A DNA stretch of 64,000 nucleotides from Mobula hypostoma (taxonomy: Eukaryota). The translations under genes and the position numbers were made by a program. The stretch lies in the NCBI RefSeq assembly GCF_963921235.1, contig NC_086107.1:110672001-110736000 (forward strand), read 5' to 3'. This document shows positions 62,076 through 64,000 of this stretch, piece by piece (the first letter of the stretch is position 1; the number at the start of each line of letters is the position of its first letter). The notes beneath the pieces were generated by a model, which did not search any database, was not told where the DNA came from, and saw only the letters and a list, made by a program, of their open reading frames with translations.

Positions 62076-63739
62076 ATTAGGAATTAAGAAGGCATGTGGC
62101 ATATTTGTTTTTATTGAGAAGGATTTGGAGTTTAAGAATGGGGAGTTCTTGTTACAGTTGTACAGGATATTGTTGAAGTTATACCTGGAATACTGTGCAT
62201 AGTTTTGGGCACTCTACCTTAAAAAAATGGAGTCAGTCCAGAGGAGATTCACCAGGCTACATCCTGAGTTAAGAGGATTGTCCTATTAAGAGAGGGTGGA
62301 TAGGTTGGGTCTACATTCTGTGGAGGCTAGAAGAATGGGGGGAGGGAAGTAGTGGGGTAATGACCTTATTCAGACATGTAAGGTGAGTTTAACAGAGTAG
62401 ATTATGAGATCTTTCCACTTGTGGGAGGATTGTAAGTAAGGGGACATAGTTGCAAAATAGTTAGAACTCAGGTATCTGGTAATTACTTCTCAGACGGTGT
62501 GAATCTCTGGAATTCTCTGTCTGAGAAGCTGATGGAAGCTGGATCTTTGGCCATCTTTTAGTTGGAGTTAAGTACTTGAAAGATTGAGCCATCGTGGGGT
62601 TATGGGGAACTGACGCAGAAGAGGTGTTGATGCAAGCATAGACCAGCCATGATTGTATTGAGTGGCAGGGCAGACTTGAGGGGCCAATTATAGCTCCTTT
62701 TTCCTTCTGTTGTTTTGTAAAAAATGCATTAGAGGACAAAAAAAGTCAGGAATATATTTGATTTAAATCTTTTCACTGCTAATCAGTCTTGATGAAGCAC
62801 CATGAAGCTCTGCTTTTTACTTCTACATGAAAATACAACATTTTAACATATTTTATTGAAAAGTGTGATAAGTATAAATCACACACAGAGCAGGCTGAAG
62901 TCACTTTAATTTGTATCGATGGGAATTGCTACTGTGGATAAAATTCATTCTAAGCACATTAATCATGACTCAAAAATAATATTGGATAAACCAAATCATC
63001 ATCAGACCACTGACATTTAGATAAATGGTCACTGCTTTTGCTCTGAGTCAGACAAGCCATTGGAGTTGGTTAGTTCACACTGAAACTGAAGCCCTGTATT
63101 TGCCTTGTCTTTTCATCCTGTGTCAACTCTGTCTTTTTACTGAGATACAGCGCTCAAAAGACAGGGTGCCGCGAACCGAGGCGAGAGCCGATGTCCCTCG
63201 CTCTCCTCCCTCCATGGCTCTGAGGCGACGAAGACTGCCCCGGCTGCTGTGCTCCATGCCCACTAATATGATGAACTGATAATCGAGTCCTTGGGCCTAC
63301 TCCGGGCTGCTCCAGGGTTCGGATCTAAGGACTCAATTTGGTTCAGAATGCTGTCATTCGCGTCAATCGCTCGCATGATTTGTGTGTTTTTTTTCCCTCT
63401 TAACTTGCACATTGTGTATTGGTCTTTTTTTCAAATTGGGTTCTTTTGGGTTTCTTGCTTTGTGGCTGCCTGTAAGCAGACAAATCTCAAGGTTGTACAA
63501 TTTATACATTCTTTGATAATAAATGTACTTTGAATATTTGAAATTGGCCCTTCTGACCATTTGAGCCATGCCACCCTGATTTAACACTAGCCTAATCCCA
63601 GGGCAGTTTACAGTGACCAATTCACTTACCAACCACCACTCTGAGCTACCCACACAAACCTTAGCTGCTCATTTAGCCCTTCTGAAATCCATGAGGCGAG
63701 TGCCCCTCCCTGCACCCCATCCTAACCCAAGTTTATAGG

Positions 63740-64000
63740 AGCACCGTCGGGAGTGTTCTGACCAGCTGCAGCACCGCCTGGTGCAGGAATTGCGAGGCAC
63801 CTGACCGCAAATCCATACAAAGGATTGCGAGGGCTGCTGAGGGGATCGTTGGGGTCTCTCTTCCACCCATCAGAGATAGTTATCAGGAGCACCTCATACA
63901 CAGGGCAGTGATCCCTCTCATCTGTCCAAGAGTCTCTTCAACACCCCCCCCCCGCCCCACCATCAGGCAGGAGGTATTGTAGCATCAGGACAAGGGCTCT
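63740..64000 (+). mobile_element. Rex/Babar-type LINE fragment (runs off the window)
   Basis: gagtgttctgaccagctgcagcaccgcctgg and ccatcaggcaggaggta motifs. Confidence 0.6.

Overview
Eukaryotic (vertebrate) genomic DNA, most likely from a cartilaginous fish such as a ray or skate; this is inferred only from the repeat landscape (HE1-like V-SINEs, abundant CR1, Rex/Babar and Penelope). The only host coding sequence I can support is one exon on the + strand (acceptor AG 44784-85, CDS ~44798-45205, donor GTAAG 45206). It encodes the signal peptide and start of the amino-terminal domain of an NMDA receptor GluN2 subunit (GRIN2A/GRIN2B group). The rest is intronic or upstream DNA dominated by mobile-element debris: many CR1 and Rex/Babar LINE fragments, RTE fragments, a 2.1-kb R4/Dong-type restriction-like-endonuclease retrotransposon, a decayed Gypsy (Mag-like) LTR element with nested insertions, a solo LTR, Tc1/mariner derivatives and mini-MITEs, tRNA-derived SINEs and simple repeats. 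The most notable hidden structure is a set of Penelope-derived fold-back (palindromic) insertions, three with clean target-site duplications. They carry minimal type-I hammerhead ribozyme motifs (CTGAyGA...GAAACGTC) from three different families, and one 51-bp minisatellite is built from the ribozyme's 3' half. Nearly all ORFs in the supplied track are spurious or TE-derived. Comparisons with reference proteins and repeats are from memory; no database search was run.
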